Source of the DNA: Gammaproteobacteria bacterium
Lineage (GTDB): Bacteria; Pseudomonadota; Gammaproteobacteria; Arenicellales; Poriferihabitantaceae
DNA length: 64,000 bases
Assembly (NCBI GenBank): GCA_028817405.1
Contig: JAPPPS010000130.1
Span: forward strand, 6,345-70,344
Direction of reading: 5' to 3'
Under the pieces are notes generated by a model. It saw only the letters and a program-made list of their open reading frames with translations, did not search any database and had not been told where the DNA came from. Positions 38,479 through 53,333 of this stretch are shown piece after piece. The translations under genes were made by a program, and so were the position numbers. Within the stretch, counting starts at the first letter, position 1; each line of letters opens with the position of its first letter.

Positions 38479-38655
38479 GCCACCCTCCGATTGCCGTTCA
38501 TCAAACCAAACCCGCGACACCCTAAACGCCGCGCTCGCAGGAGTCAAACCGCGCGGTGTGGGCGGTTTTGCGGGGGTATAATCGCGGTTCATGTTTGGCG
38601 TGGGCGGTCAACTCAACCCAACCGCGGCCGCGGCTCAACCGCAACTCAACGGCAA

Positions 38656-39585
38656 ATGAAATTGTCCGCAACTGATTCTCAACCTCCGGCGCAAATTCCG
38701 AGTCGACTCAAAGCCGCGTTGGCGGCCGGCAAGTTTGTGGTGACTTGCGAGTTGTCGCCGCCGAAAGGGGCCGATTTGTCGGCGTTGTTCGCCAAGGCGG
38801 AACTGCTGCGCGATGCCGCGGATGCGTTCAACCTGACCGACTCCGCGGCCGCGCGCATGACCATGGACCCGGCGGCCGCGGGCCACCATCTGCTGCGGCG
38901 CGGCATCGAGCCCATCGTGCAAATCACTTCGCGCGACAAAAACCGCATCGCCATCCAAAGCGGCATGTTGGGCGCGGCCGCGTTGGGCGTCTCCAACTTG
39001 GTCATCATGGGCGGCGACCCGCCGCACATCGGCGACCACCCGGATGCCAAAGGCGTCGGCGATTTGTTCTCGTCCGACATCATCGCGGCCGCAAGCGCGT
39101 TGAACCGCGGCGCGGACCACGCGGGCAATCCGACCACCGGGCGCACCGATTTTTTCATCGGCAGCGTGTGCAATCCCGGCGCCGCCGACCTCGACGCGGA
39201 GATTGAGAACACCCGCCGCAAACGCGACGCCGGCGCGCGCTTTTTCCAAACCCAGGCGATTTACCAAGTCGCGCGGCTGCGGGAATTCATCGCGCGTTTG
39301 GACGACCCGGATATGGCGCTGTTGGCCGGCATCATTCCGGTCAAGTCGGTGAAGATGGCGACTTATATGAACCAGCGCGTGCCGGGCATCGACATCCCGG
39401 ACGAGGTGGTGGCGCGCATCGCGGCCGCGGAGTCGGCCGGGCCGGAGCGCGTGGTTGAGGAGAGTTTGGCCATCGCGGCCGCGACTATCGGCGAGGCGCG
39501 CGGGTTATGCGCCGGGGTGCATTTGATGGCGGTTGGGTGGGAGAAGCATCTGCCGGCGTTGGTGGAGCGGGCCGGGCTGGGTTGA
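38656..39585 (+). CDS. metF: methylenetetrahydrofolate reductase family protein
   Basis: ELSPPKG, ITSRDKNRIAIQ, GDPPHIGDH, FFQTQ, GVHLM. Confidence 0.8.
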   Translation: MKLSATDSQPPAQIPSRLKAALAAGKFVVTCELSPPKGADLSALFAKAELLRDAADAFNLTDSAAARMTMDPAAAGHHLLRRGIEPIVQITSRDKNRIAIQSGMLGAAALGVSNLVIMGGDPPHIGDHPDAKGVGDLFSSDIIAAASALNRGADHAGNPTTGRTDFFIGSVCNPGAADLDAEIENTRRKRDAGARFFQTQAIYQVARLREFIARLDDPDMALLAGIIPVKSVKMATYMNQRVPGIDIPDEVVARIAAAESAGPERVVEESLAIAAATIGEARGLCAGVHLMAVGWEKHLPALVERAGLG

Positions 39586-39791
39586 TTTCTGCTGTCCCGG
39601 CCGGCGATTCAAACGCGGCATCGTTGCGTCGGTCAATTTGCCATCCGTGGCGTCTGGATTCCGGCGTCCAAGCCGGAATTGCGGCGCTACGCGCCGGCAA
39701 TTAAAGACGCTGGCTTCCTGATCGGTGAAAAACATAGTCGCATTCGCTCCTTGTTTTTCTACCGTCAGGAATTGCGAATCAAGGCCGCCGG

Positions 39792-40172
39792 TCACGACAA
39801 ATCAATCGCGTGAGATTTGAGGTCCGCGAAGTCGATGAGGTCGAGCACGCTTTCGTGGGTCGCGCGCAGCACCACGCGCGGCGCCATGCCGGCGTCGAAC
39901 GCTTCTTTCCACCGCGCCGCGCATAAGCACCATCTGTCGCCTTCCTTCAAGCCGGGGAACTGAAACTGCGGCACCGGCGTGGACAAATCGTTGCCGCGCG
40001 ATTGGCTGAACGCGAGGAATTCTTCGGTGGCGACGATGCACACGGTGTGCTCGCCCAAGTCCTCGGGCCCGGTCTCGCAGCAGCCGTTGCGGACGAAGCC
40101 GGTCAGCGGCGACATCGAGCAAACCGCGAGCGGCTCGCCCAACACGCTGCGTTGATTTTGCGGCCAGTTCAT
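39792..40172 (-). CDS. DUF2237 family protein
   Basis: PLTGFVRNGCC, HTVC, GNDLSTP, GDRWCLCAARW. Confidence 0.85.
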   Translation of the reverse strand: MNWPQNQRSVLGEPLAVCSMSPLTGFVRNGCCETGPEDLGEHTVCIVATEEFLAFSQSRGNDLSTPVPQFQFPGLKEGDRWCLCAARWKEAFDAGMAPRVVLRATHESVLDLIDFADLKSHAIDLS

Positions 40173-40254
40173 GGTGGTTGCGGCGGGAGTTGATGCGCGG
40201 CGGCGCGCGGAATGGAAACGGAAATTCGGTGGCGGCGATTGTAGTCGATTGTTG

Positions 40255-41154
40255 TCATGCGGCGTCGGTGACCGTCAACGCAACATGCCGGCGGCCGGCC
40301 GCGACGCCGCGCGCGGCGTAGGCGTATTCATACACTTCGAATCTACCCGGCGCGGCGAACAGCAGCGTGGTGGCGCGGCTGCCGTAGCGCGCGCCGGTGA
40401 TGAAAATCGAGTCGCGGCGCGCGTCGTCGACGGTGCCGGCGGCCGCGGCCGCGGTGTTGGCGGCGGCGCGGTCACCGGCAGCGGCGGCCGGCGTCTCGTC
40501 TTTCATCATCCGCGCCAAGTTATCGGCGCATAAATCGCGGCTGCCGGCGATTTGCGCTTTCAGGAGTTCCACGCCGCGCGCCATTTTCGGCCACGGGTCG
40601 TCCATCGCGCCGTTGCTGATGCTGTGAAAACCGCGCCCCAACAACCGTGGGCGCGCGCCGCAGTTGGCCTCGCCGCCGGCGAAACAGTGGAGGCGCCCGG
40701 GTTCGCCGTACAGCAGGTTGAACGGGCGGAAATCACGGTGCGCGGCGCGCAGGAATTCGCCGAATTCCGCGATGGAATCCGCCCCGCGCAAAAACCGCGC
40801 CGGCAACGCGCCGCGGCTGGGGGTGACGGTTGCGGCGACGGTTCCTGCGTTCTCAGTTGCGGCGACGGTGGCGTCCCCGGCCGCGCTTTTGGTGTTCACG
40901 GTTACGGCCTCACCGGCCTCGGCGCGCTCGCCCGACTCAGCCGCCCGGCGATTGGTCACCGCCGCGATTCGCCCGCGCGCATTGACCCCGAACCAAGTCC
41001 CGCCGGCAAGTTCATCGCGCCCAGCCAAAATGCCGGCATCGCCGGCCCAACGATGCAACGGTGCGCTCGGCCGAGCGTGATACTCGTCGCGGTTGGCGGC
41101 GATAACCAACGGATACCGCCGATGCCGCTCAACGGCGATAAACAGAATGCACAT
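40255..41154 (-). CDS. NRDE/TANGO2-family protein
   Basis: MCILF...ANRDEYHARP, GGTWFG, VTNRR, PFNL, ISNG...WPK. Confidence 0.88.
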   Translation of the reverse strand: MCILFIAVERHRRYPLVIAANRDEYHARPSAPLHRWAGDAGILAGRDELAGGTWFGVNARGRIAAVTNRRAAESGERAEAGEAVTVNTKSAAGDATVAATENAGTVAATVTPSRGALPARFLRGADSIAEFGEFLRAAHRDFRPFNLLYGEPGRLHCFAGGEANCGARPRLLGRGFHSISNGAMDDPWPKMARGVELLKAQIAGSRDLCADNLARMMKDETPAAAAGDRAAANTAAAAAGTVDDARRDSIFITGARYGSRATTLLFAAPGRFEVYEYAYAARGVAAGRRHVALTVTDAA

Positions 41155-41199
41155 GCGAAGAGTATAGCCGTGGGGTGGCGCGCCCGCTCAACAGAACGC

Positions 41200-41300
41200 G
41201 GGCGTGGCGGCTTGTGGTTGCGGGCGTGGCGGCTTGTGGTCGCGGCGTGGTGGTCTTTGGCCGGGCGCGTGGTCTTTGTCGCGGCGTGGTGGCTTTGACC
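41200..41300. repeat. intergenic ~21-22-bp tandem repeats
   Basis: gcgggcgtggcggcttgtggt x2, followed by gcgtggt(g)gtctttg variants. Confidence 0.75.
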
Positions 41301-41423
41301 GTTCATGCCGGGCGCACGGTATTTGACCGTTTAATAACCACTATACTTCGCGCGCGACAGTTTCCCGCATGCCCGAAGCCAAACCCCGGCGCAACGCATC
41401 CGCGCATCCACCCGAAAAACCCC

Positions 41424-42992
41424 ATGCCCAAAATCGCCGTTGCCGGTTTTCAGCACGAGACCAATGTGTTCGCGCCGCATGGGGCCGATTATGCGGCGTT
41501 TGCGCGGCGGGATGAGTGGCCGCCGTTGTGCGCCGGGGCCGCGATGTTGGACGAGGTGGTCGGGGTTAACTTGCCGGCCGGCGGCGCGTTGCGGCGGCTG
41601 AAACAACTGGGTTATGAAGTCGCGCCGTTGTTGTGGTGCGCGGCGACGCCGTCGGCGCATGTGCGCGAAGAAGCGTTTGAGCGCATCGCCGCGCAACTCA
41701 TCGACGCGTTGCGCGCGGCGCTGCCGGTCGACGGTGTGCTGCTGGACTTGCACGGCGCGATGGTCTGTTCGCATGTCGCGGACGCCGACGGCGAGTTGCT
41801 GCGGCGGGTGCGCTCGACGGTCGGCGCGGACATGCCGCTCGTGGCCAGCCTCGACTTGCACGCCAATCTCAGCGAGCGGATGGCGGCGCAAGCCGGCGCG
41901 CTGGAAATCTACCGCACCTATCCGCACCTCGACATGGCCGAGACCGGCGCGCGCGCCGCCGACCGCCTCGACTTTCTGGTGCGCCACCGTCTCGCGCGTT
42001 TCCCCTCGGTCGCGCTGCGGCGGCCGGCGTTTCTCATTCCGCTGAACTGGGGTTGCACGCTGACCGAGCCGGCCGGGTCGTTGTATGCGTCGCTGCCGGC
42101 GCGCGCGCAGGGCAACGCGGGCGTGTCGCTGGCGTGCGGGTTTCCGCATTCCGATGTCGAGGAGGCCGGGCCGGCGGTGGTGGCGTACGGACTCGACGCG
42201 CGCGCGGCCGATGCGGCGGCCGATGATTTGTTGGCGGAACTGAACCGTCGCGAACATGAATTCCGCGGGCGGGTTTATGGCATCGCGGACGGTGTGGCCG
42301 AGGCGCTGCGGTTGGCGGACGGGGGCGACGGTGGCGGTGACGGTGACGGTAACGTCCCCGCCCCCGGCCCGGTCATCATCGCCGACACCCAGGACAACCC
42401 GGGCGGCGGCGGGCCCGGCGACACCACCGAAATTCTGCGCGCATTAATTGACGGTGTTGACGGTGTTAACCGTGGCGACGGCCGGCCCGCGGGCGTTTTA
42501 GTCGGCGTCATCAGCGACCCGCAGGCGGCGGCGCAAGCGCATGCGGCGGGGACCGGCGCGCGGATTGACCTGGCGTTGGGCGGGAAGTCGGGGTTCCCCG
42601 GCAGTCGGCCGTTGCGCGCGCGGTTTCGCGTGCGGCGTTTGTCGGACGGCCGGTTCGACGCCACCGGCCCGATGTTGGCCGGCGCCAGTTTGGACTTGGG
42701 GCTGATGGCGTTGTTGGAGACCGGCGGCGCCGGCGGCCGCGGCGATGGCGTGCAAGTCGCGGTTGCATCCAAGCCGGCGCAGACCATGGACCAGGCAATG
42801 TTCCGCCATCTCGGCGCCGAGCCGCGCGATGCGCGCATCATCGCGCTGAAAAGCAGCGTGCATTTTCGCAACGATTTCCAAGACATGGCGACCGCCATTC
42901 TCATCGTCGCGGCGCCGGGCCCGGTCGCGGTTGACCTCGCGGATTTGCCGTTTCAAACCCCGCGGTTGCAGAGAATGGCGGCGCGATTGTGA
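41424..42992 (+). CDS. M81-family metallopeptidase (MlrC-like)
   Basis: AGFQHETN, LDLHGAM, LDLHAN, YRTYPHLDM, ADTQDNPGGG, LKSSVHF. Confidence 0.88.
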   Translation: MPKIAVAGFQHETNVFAPHGADYAAFARRDEWPPLCAGAAMLDEVVGVNLPAGGALRRLKQLGYEVAPLLWCAATPSAHVREEAFERIAAQLIDALRAALPVDGVLLDLHGAMVCSHVADADGELLRRVRSTVGADMPLVASLDLHANLSERMAAQAGALEIYRTYPHLDMAETGARAADRLDFLVRHRLARFPSVALRRPAFLIPLNWGCTLTEPAGSLYASLPARAQGNAGVSLACGFPHSDVEEAGPAVVAYGLDARAADAAADDLLAELNRREHEFRGRVYGIADGVAEALRLADGGDGGGDGDGNVPAPGPVIIADTQDNPGGGGPGDTTEILRALIDGVDGVNRGDGRPAGVLVGVISDPQAAAQAHAAGTGARIDLALGGKSGFPGSRPLRARFRVRRLSDGRFDATGPMLAGASLDLGLMALLETGGAGGRGDGVQVAVASKPAQTMDQAMFRHLGAEPRDARIIALKSSVHFRNDFQDMATAILIVAAPGPVAVDLADLPFQTPRLQRMAARL

Positions 42993-43070
42993 TAGAGTCG
43001 CGCGCGCCAAAACCGCGGCCGAGTCGCGCAACCCCGTCGCCGCCCCCGCCGCCCGCCAAGGAGTAACCGC

Positions 43071-44261
43071 ATGCAAAAGGATTGGATTCAACTCGCGCAA
43101 CTGAAAGGTTTGACGCTACCAGCCAAGCGCGAACTGGTGCGCGCATTAGGTTCGCCGCGCGCGGTGCTGAGCGCCGACCGCGACACCCTGGCCGGCATCT
43201 TGCGCGCCGCCGCCGGCGAGTCGGCGACGGGGAAGGGCGCGGGGAAAACGCCGAAAGCGTCGACCAAATCCGCGGCCAGGAAGATAAAAATCCCGCGCCT
43301 GACGCGGCCGAATGTCGACGCCGATGTGGCGGTGTTGGAGCGCATCGGCGCGCGTTATATCGGCTTCACCGACGCCGACTTCCCGCCGCTGTTGAACCAA
43401 ATCAGCGCGCCGCCGCTCGGCGTGTTCGCGCTCGGCGCGCGCGAATTGTTGCTGAGCCCGCAGTTGGCGGTGGTCGGCAGTCGCAGCCCGACCCCGGCCG
43501 GGCGGCGCACCACCGCGCAGTTCGCGGCCGCGTTGTGCGCCGCCGGCCTGACCATCACCAGCGGCATGGCGCGCGGCATCGACGGCAGCGCGCACCGCGG
43601 CTGTTTGGACGCCGGCGGGCGCACCGTGGGCGTGCTCGCCACCGGCATCGATGTCGCGTATCCGCGCGCCAACGCCGACTTGTACCGCGAAATCGCCGAG
43701 CGCGGCCTCATCGTCTCCGAGTATCCGCCCGGCAGCCCGCCGCGCCGCGAGTTCTTCCCGCAGCGCAACCGCATCATCAGCGGCTTGGCCCTGGGTACGT
43801 TGGTGGTCGAGGCCGGCATCCGCAGCGGCAGTTTAATCACCGCCAAGTTGGCCGCCGAGCAGGGGCGCGAGGTGTTCGCGGTGCCGGGCTCGATTCATGT
43901 CGCGGTCAGCCGCGGCTGCCACCACCTGCTGCGCCAGGGCGCGAAGTTGGTCGAGAGCGCCGACGATGTCATCGAGGAAATCGGCCAGTTCTTCAGCGCC
44001 GCGCCGGTCGACTCGGCCATGGCGGCGCCCGGCGCCGAGGCCCGGCTGTTGGCGCAATCGCGCGCGGTCCGCCGGCCGCCGGCCGAGCACGACGGTCTCC
44101 CGCCGCTGTATGATTTGATAGACTACGCGCCGGTCAGCATGGACCAACTCATCGAGCAAAGCGGATTGACCGCCGACCAGGTTTCGCACATCCTGATGGA
44201 ACTGGAACTGAACGGCCTCATCGCGGCCGCGGCCGGCGGCTACCAACGCCTGCCGCAATGA
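43071..44261 (+). CDS. dprA: DNA-processing protein A
   Basis: AVVGSR, SGMARGIDG.AH, FPQRNRIISGL, VVEAG..SGSLITA, C-terminal wHTH. Confidence 0.95.
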   Translation: MQKDWIQLAQLKGLTLPAKRELVRALGSPRAVLSADRDTLAGILRAAAGESATGKGAGKTPKASTKSAARKIKIPRLTRPNVDADVAVLERIGARYIGFTDADFPPLLNQISAPPLGVFALGARELLLSPQLAVVGSRSPTPAGRRTTAQFAAALCAAGLTITSGMARGIDGSAHRGCLDAGGRTVGVLATGIDVAYPRANADLYREIAERGLIVSEYPPGSPPRREFFPQRNRIISGLALGTLVVEAGIRSGSLITAKLAAEQGREVFAVPGSIHVAVSRGCHHLLRQGAKLVESADDVIEEIGQFFSAAPVDSAMAAPGAEARLLAQSRAVRRPPAEHDGLPPLYDLIDYAPVSMDQLIEQSGLTADQVSHILMELELNGLIAAAAGGYQRLPQ

Positions 44262-44438
44262 CGCCGCTTGCACGCGATTTATGCGAAAATGGCGCGCAAC
44301 CCGCGACTCATGCGAAACTAAACCGTCGCCAAATCCACCGCGCCACCGCGACCCAATCCGCGGCTAAACTCGACCGTCAACCGTCAACCGTCGCGCGCCT
44401 CCGATTCCTCAACCACCGCCTTTCGGCCCCCGTCATCG

Positions 44439-44921
44439 ATGAAAGAAAATGTGCTCGATGTTTTGATTTACATGTTCGAGAACTACATGTTCGACGAAGA
44501 GGAGGACTTCGGCCCCGACCAGGAAACCCTGGCCCGGGAACTCAGCCAGGCCGGTTTCGAGCACGGCATGATCGACCGCGCTTTCGACTGGCTGGAAAAC
44601 CTGGCGCAACTCTGCGAGCGCAGCCCGGCCACGCCGCCGGCGCGCCAAGACGCGCTGCGCCACTACACCGCGGCCGAGGCCGAGCGCATCAGCCTCGAGG
44701 CGCAAGGTTTGCTGCTTAACTTGGAGCAGTGCGGGGTGCTGGACCCGGTGTCGCGCGAGATGGTGGTCGACCAACTCATGGCGCTGGACGGCGACAGCAT
44801 CGACCTCGACAATCTCAAGTGGGTGATTCTCATGGTGCTCAGCAACTACGCCGAAAGCGACGGCATCTCCGAACTGACCGAAGCGCTGGTGATGGACGGC
44901 TTGCACACCTGCGTGCATTAA
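44439..44921 (+). CDS. smg: DUF494 (Smg) protein
   Basis: MKENVLDVLIYMFENY...AGF...AFDWL...LKWVILMVL; dprA-adjacent. Confidence 0.9.
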   Translation: MKENVLDVLIYMFENYMFDEEEDFGPDQETLARELSQAGFEHGMIDRAFDWLENLAQLCERSPATPPARQDALRHYTAAEAERISLEAQGLLLNLEQCGVLDPVSREMVVDQLMALDGDSIDLDNLKWVILMVLSNYAESDGISELTEALVMDGLHTCVH

Positions 44922-44967
44922 TTAACGCCAACACTAAAACCTAAAACCTAACACCCGGTTCAACCGC

Positions 44968-49177
<4,210 letters not shown>

Positions 49178-49178
49178 C

Positions 49179-50624
49179 ATGCAGCAAGCGAGCGCCAAAC
49201 CGGTTGCCGCGCAAAACGGCGATGATGTTTTTTTGCATCGGATTGGCGCACTCGATGCGGCATTGCTCGACCGCTACCGTGACAAGATTGCCGTTGACCC
49301 CGCCCTGACCCGCCGCATCGTCAGTTTCCAAGCCAACAAAAACCGGCGGTATTACCGCTGGTATAAGTATAAGGAAGCCTTTTCCGCCGAATTGGTGGAG
49401 CGCCTTTTGCGCGTGTACCGGGTTGGACAAGGCAAAATACTGGACCCTTTCGCCGGCGCCGGCACCGCGTTGTTCGTGTCTTCCAACTTAGGGTATGACG
49501 CCGATGGCGTGGAACTCATGCCGGTCGGGCAAAAAATCATCGCCGCCAATGTCGCGGCGCGGGGGGCGAACCGCGGCGGTATTGTCTCGGCAATCGACGA
49601 ATGGCTGAAAAAGTCGCCGTGGAAAACCAAAGGCAAAGCGAAACAATTCGGCGTCCTTCGAATCACCGACGGCGCTTATCCTCAATCCACGCGCGAACGG
49701 ATTGGCCGTTATCTTCATGAGATGGAGAAACAGCCGGCCGAGGCCAAGGAAATTTTGCGGTTTGCGTTGCTTTGCGTTCTTGAGACGGTCAGTTATACGA
49801 GAAAGGACGGGCAGTGCCTGCGCTGGGATTACCGGTCAGGCCGGGGCAACGGCAAGAACAACTTTAACAAAGGCGCGCTCCCGTCTTTTGACGATGCCAT
49901 CAGGGAAAAGTTGTCGCAGATAAGCGCTGATTTGACGCGTTCCGGCTGCACCGACAGTTTCTTGTCGCTGGTGCCGACGGCGCGCAAAGCCGGGCGGATT
50001 AATTTGCTGCGGGGGTCATGCCTCGATATTTTGCCGGGCATCGCGGCCGGCGCTTACAGCGGCATCGTGACCTCGCCGCCTTACTGCAACCGCTACGACT
50101 ACACGCGGACCTACGCGCTGGAGCACGCCTTGCTTGGGGTCAGCGAAGCCGAACAAGTCGCGCTGCGGCAAGCGATGTTGAGTTGCACGGTGGAAAACAA
50201 GGAAAAACGGTTGAGCGATGCGAATCCCGAATGGGGCGGCGCGCTGGCGGCCTGCGACGGCATCCCGTTGCTGCGGGAAATTCTGCGCTATCTGGATGAC
50301 AAGCGGGAAAAGCGGCAACTCAACAACCCGGGCATTGCGCGCATGGTGCGCGGCTATTTCTGCGAGATGGCATGCGTGATTTATGAATGCCACCGCGTGT
50401 TGCGCGGCGGCGGCGTGATGTTCATGGTCAATGACAATGTGAGGTACGCCGGCGCGTCCATATCGGTTGATGCGATTCTGTCCGCCATCGCCGAGAGCGT
50501 GGGGCTGCAAGTGGATGCCATTCTGGTTCTGCCGCAGGGCAAAGGCAACAGTTCGCAGCAGATGGGCGCGCATGGACGCGAAGCGCTTCGCAAATGCGTT
50601 TATGTGTGGCGGAAAGCCGCTTAG
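49179..50624 (+). CDS. amino-DNA methyltransferase (probable m4C) of a type II R-M system
   Basis: ILDPFAGAGT (motif I) before VTSPPY (motif IV); adjacent to a BsoBI-like endonuclease. Confidence 0.88.
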   Translation: MQQASAKPVAAQNGDDVFLHRIGALDAALLDRYRDKIAVDPALTRRIVSFQANKNRRYYRWYKYKEAFSAELVERLLRVYRVGQGKILDPFAGAGTALFVSSNLGYDADGVELMPVGQKIIAANVAARGANRGGIVSAIDEWLKKSPWKTKGKAKQFGVLRITDGAYPQSTRERIGRYLHEMEKQPAEAKEILRFALLCVLETVSYTRKDGQCLRWDYRSGRGNGKNNFNKGALPSFDDAIREKLSQISADLTRSGCTDSFLSLVPTARKAGRINLLRGSCLDILPGIAAGAYSGIVTSPPYCNRYDYTRTYALEHALLGVSEAEQVALRQAMLSCTVENKEKRLSDANPEWGGALAACDGIPLLREILRYLDDKREKRQLNNPGIARMVRGYFCEMACVIYECHRVLRGGGVMFMVNDNVRYAGASISVDAILSAIAESVGLQVDAILVLPQGKGNSSQQMGAHGREALRKCVYVWRKAA

Positions 50625-50660
50625 ACGGTCGCTCAACGATCGCTTAGACAGTCGCTCAAC
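50618..50660 (+). repeat. 20-bp direct repeat pair between the M and R genes
   Basis: cgcttagacggtcgctcaac (50618-50637) / cgcttagacagtcgctcaac (50641-50660). Confidence 0.85.
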
Positions 50661-51614
50661 ATGCCGAACAAGCGCATCCATTCTCCTCAAGACTTGGTCA
50701 CGCCCCGCGCCGAAATCCGCGCTGGGTTTATTGCGCTGGCGTTGGAGAAGACCAAGGAGTCGACGCCGGTTGTCGACCAAGGCCGGGCGCTTAAAGCGCT
50801 CGCTTCCAACGCCAAAAATCCGCAAGCGTTGAGCGCCATCAAGGAAATTCGCGGCGCATTACTGACCGCCGCCGGGCTGTCCGATAAAGCGAAAAATTAT
50901 TTGACCGATTCGGATAAAACAAAAGCCATCAAGAAATTGATTGATGAATTTCTTGCGCCCGAAGGCGGCAACTTTGTCGATGAATTGGTGTACCGGTTTT
51001 TGCTGACCCGCGGCGATTCCCTCGGCGGAAAGATGCGAAACCTCGCCGGCCGACTCGGCGAACACCGTTTCATTCGCATGTTGGCGGCGACTTGCGCCGT
51101 CAGCGGTATAAGCGTCCAATACCTCGATGCCAACGGTGGCGAGTGGCGCGTCGGCATTGAGAATGCGGCCGCGGGAAAAGTCAAAGCGTTGCGCTGGGAG
51201 TCCAACGCAAACGCCCGCACCTTGGTCTGCAACCGAACCGTGCCCATCGTGCGAAAGAATGTGGATTTTTGCCTGCTCGATGGCGCGATGGATGAAGTGT
51301 CGAGCAAAAGCGGGCGGGTCGCGATATGGACCGACCCGCAAAAATATCTCGCGCTCGGCGAGTTAAAAGGCGGCTTTGACCCCGCCGGAGCCGATGAACA
51401 CTGGAAAACCGCGAACTCCGCGTTGTCCAGAATTCGCGAGTCTTTTAAGAAGCGCGGGGTTAATCCCGGCACTTTTTTCATCGGCGCGGCCATCGAGAAC
51501 GCGATGGCGGATGAAATTTATCGCCAGTTAAAAAACGGTTCGCTCTCGAACGCCGCCAACCTCACCAACAAGAATCAAGTCGTTGCTTTGTGTGATTGGC
51601 TGATTCGCATGTGA
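50661..51614 (+). CDS. type II restriction endonuclease, BsoBI/AvaI family
   Basis: RAGFIALALEK, GDSLGG.MRN.AG, KNVD, LGELKGGFDPAGADEHWKTA, FIGAAIE match the recalled BsoBI sequence. Confidence 0.9.
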   Translation: MPNKRIHSPQDLVTPRAEIRAGFIALALEKTKESTPVVDQGRALKALASNAKNPQALSAIKEIRGALLTAAGLSDKAKNYLTDSDKTKAIKKLIDEFLAPEGGNFVDELVYRFLLTRGDSLGGKMRNLAGRLGEHRFIRMLAATCAVSGISVQYLDANGGEWRVGIENAAAGKVKALRWESNANARTLVCNRTVPIVRKNVDFCLLDGAMDEVSSKSGRVAIWTDPQKYLALGELKGGFDPAGADEHWKTANSALSRIRESFKKRGVNPGTFFIGAAIENAMADEIYRQLKNGSLSNAANLTNKNQVVALCDWLIRM

Positions 51615-53333
51615 ATGACGATGCCAAGCGACCGTATTCTCATCCTCGACTTCGGCGCGCAGTATGCGCAGTTGATTGCGCGCGGGGTGCGCGAGTTGGG
51701 GGTGTATTGCGAGATTTATGCGTGGGATGCGGCGTTTGATGACATCGCGGCGTTTGCGCCGGACGGGTTGATTCTGTCCGGCGGGCCGGCCTCGGCGCGC
51801 GGCGTTGATGGCGAAACCCCGGCCGCGCCGGGCGCGCCGGTTACGGTGAACGCGCAAACCCCGGCCACGCCGGTCACGGTGAGCGCACAAACGCCGGCCG
51901 CGCCGGTCACGGTGAACTCGCAAACGCCGGACTCGCCGGTCACGGTGAACTCGCCAACCGCGGCCATGACAAACGCGCAAGCCCCGGCCGCGCCGGCCGA
52001 AATTTTCGGCATGGGGAAGCCGGTGCTCGGCATCTGCTACGGCTTGCAAACCATGGCCGCGCAGTTGGGCGGGGCGGTGGAGTCGGCCGACCGTCATGAG
52101 TACGGCCACGCGCGCATCGAAACTTGCGCCGACAGCCGGTTGCTCGGCGCGAGCGGCGCGGCGTTGGATGTGTGGATGAGCCACGGCGACCGTGTGACAC
52201 AGTTGCCGGCCGGCTTCCAAACCATCGCCGCCTCCGCCAACGCGCCGTTCGCCGCCATCGCCGACGAAGCGCGGCGCTTCTACGGCGTGCAGTTCCACCC
52301 GGAGGTGACGCACACCGCCGGCGGGCGCGAAATCTTGTCGCGGTTCGTGCATGAGGTATGCGGCTGCGGACGCGACTGGGTGCCGGAAAACATCATCGAC
52401 CGCATCGTCGCCGACGCGCGCCGGCAAGTCGGCGACGATGCGGTGGTGTTGGGGTTGTCCGGCGGCGTCGACTCGGCGGTGACCGCGGCGCTGCTGCATA
52501 AAGCCATCGGCGCGCAACTGACTTGCATCTTTGTCGACACCGGCCTGCTGCGGTTGAACGAAGGCGACTTGGTTATGCGCGCCTTCGCTGAGCATTTGGG
52601 GGTGCGCGTGATTCGAGTCGATGCCGAAGCGCGGTTTCTGGAACGCTTGAAAGGCGTCACAGACCCGGAACGCAAACGCCAACTCATCGGCAACTTGTTC
52701 GTGGAAATCTTCGAGACGGAAGCCAAGCGCATCGACGCCGCCAAGCATCTCGCGCAAGGCACCATCTACCCGGATGTCATCGAGTCGGCCGGCCACGCGC
52801 ACGGCGCGGCGCGGGTGATTAAATCGCATCACAATGTCGGCGGCTTGCCGGCGCGCATGCAACTCAAACTGCTGGAGCCGCTGCGCGAGTTGTTCAAGGA
52901 CGAGGTGCGCAAAATCGGTTTGCAACTCAACTTGCCCGCGGCCGTCATCGCGCGCCATCCGTTCCCCGGGCCCGGCCTCGGTGTGCGCATCCTCGGCGAA
53001 GTCAAAAAAGAATACGCCGACTTGTTGCGCCAGGCCGATGCGATTTATCTCGAAGAGTTGGAGAAGCACGGTTGGTATCACAAAGTCAGCCAGGCGTTTG
53101 CGGTGTTTTTGCCGGTCAAGTCGGTCGGCGTGGTCGGCGACAACCGCGCGTACGAATTCGTCATCGCGTTGCGCGCGGTGGAGACGGTCGACTTTATGAC
53201 CGCAAAGTGGGCGCGCCTGCCGTATCCGTTGCTGGAGAATATCTCCACGCGCATCATCAACGAAGTGCGCGGCATCAGTCGCGTGGTCTACGACATCTCC
53301 GGCAAACCGCCGGCGACGATTGAATGGGAATGA
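51615..53333 (+). CDS. guaA: GMP synthase (glutamine-hydrolysing) with repeat insert
   Basis: [49 protein letters not shown]. Confidence 0.97.
   Translation: MTMPSDRILILDFGAQYAQLIARGVRELGVYCEIYAWDAAFDDIAAFAPDGLILSGGPASARGVDGETPAAPGAPVTVNAQTPATPVTVSAQTPAAPVTVNSQTPDSPVTVNSPTAAMTNAQAPAAPAEIFGMGKPVLGICYGLQTMAAQLGGAVESADRHEYGHARIETCADSRLLGASGAALDVWMSHGDRVTQLPAGFQTIAASANAPFAAIADEARRFYGVQFHPEVTHTAGGREILSRFVHEVCGCGRDWVPENIIDRIVADARRQVGDDAVVLGLSGGVDSAVTAALLHKAIGAQLTCIFVDTGLLRLNEGDLVMRAFAEHLGVRVIRVDAEARFLERLKGVTDPERKRQLIGNLFVEIFETEAKRIDAAKHLAQGTIYPDVIESAGHAHGAARVIKSHHNVGGLPARMQLKLLEPLRELFKDEVRKIGLQLNLPAAVIARHPFPGPGLGVRILGEVKKEYADLLRQADAIYLEELEKHGWYHKVSQAFAVFLPVKSVGVVGDNRAYEFVIALRAVETVDFMTAKWARLPYPLLENISTRIINEVRGISRVVYDISGKPPATIEWE
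51813..51995 (+). repeat. 33-bp in-frame tandem repeat (~4.5 copies) inside guaA
   Basis: [44 protein letters not shown]. Confidence 0.9.

Noticed and set aside
44258-44719. ORF starting at the dprA stop as a coupling bridge to smg
   Set aside because: It runs through the smg start in another frame and ends inside smg, so it cannot couple.
44930-44955. Telomere-like CTAAAAC x2-3 upstream of topB
   Set aside because: Too short to distinguish from chance slippage; no other support.
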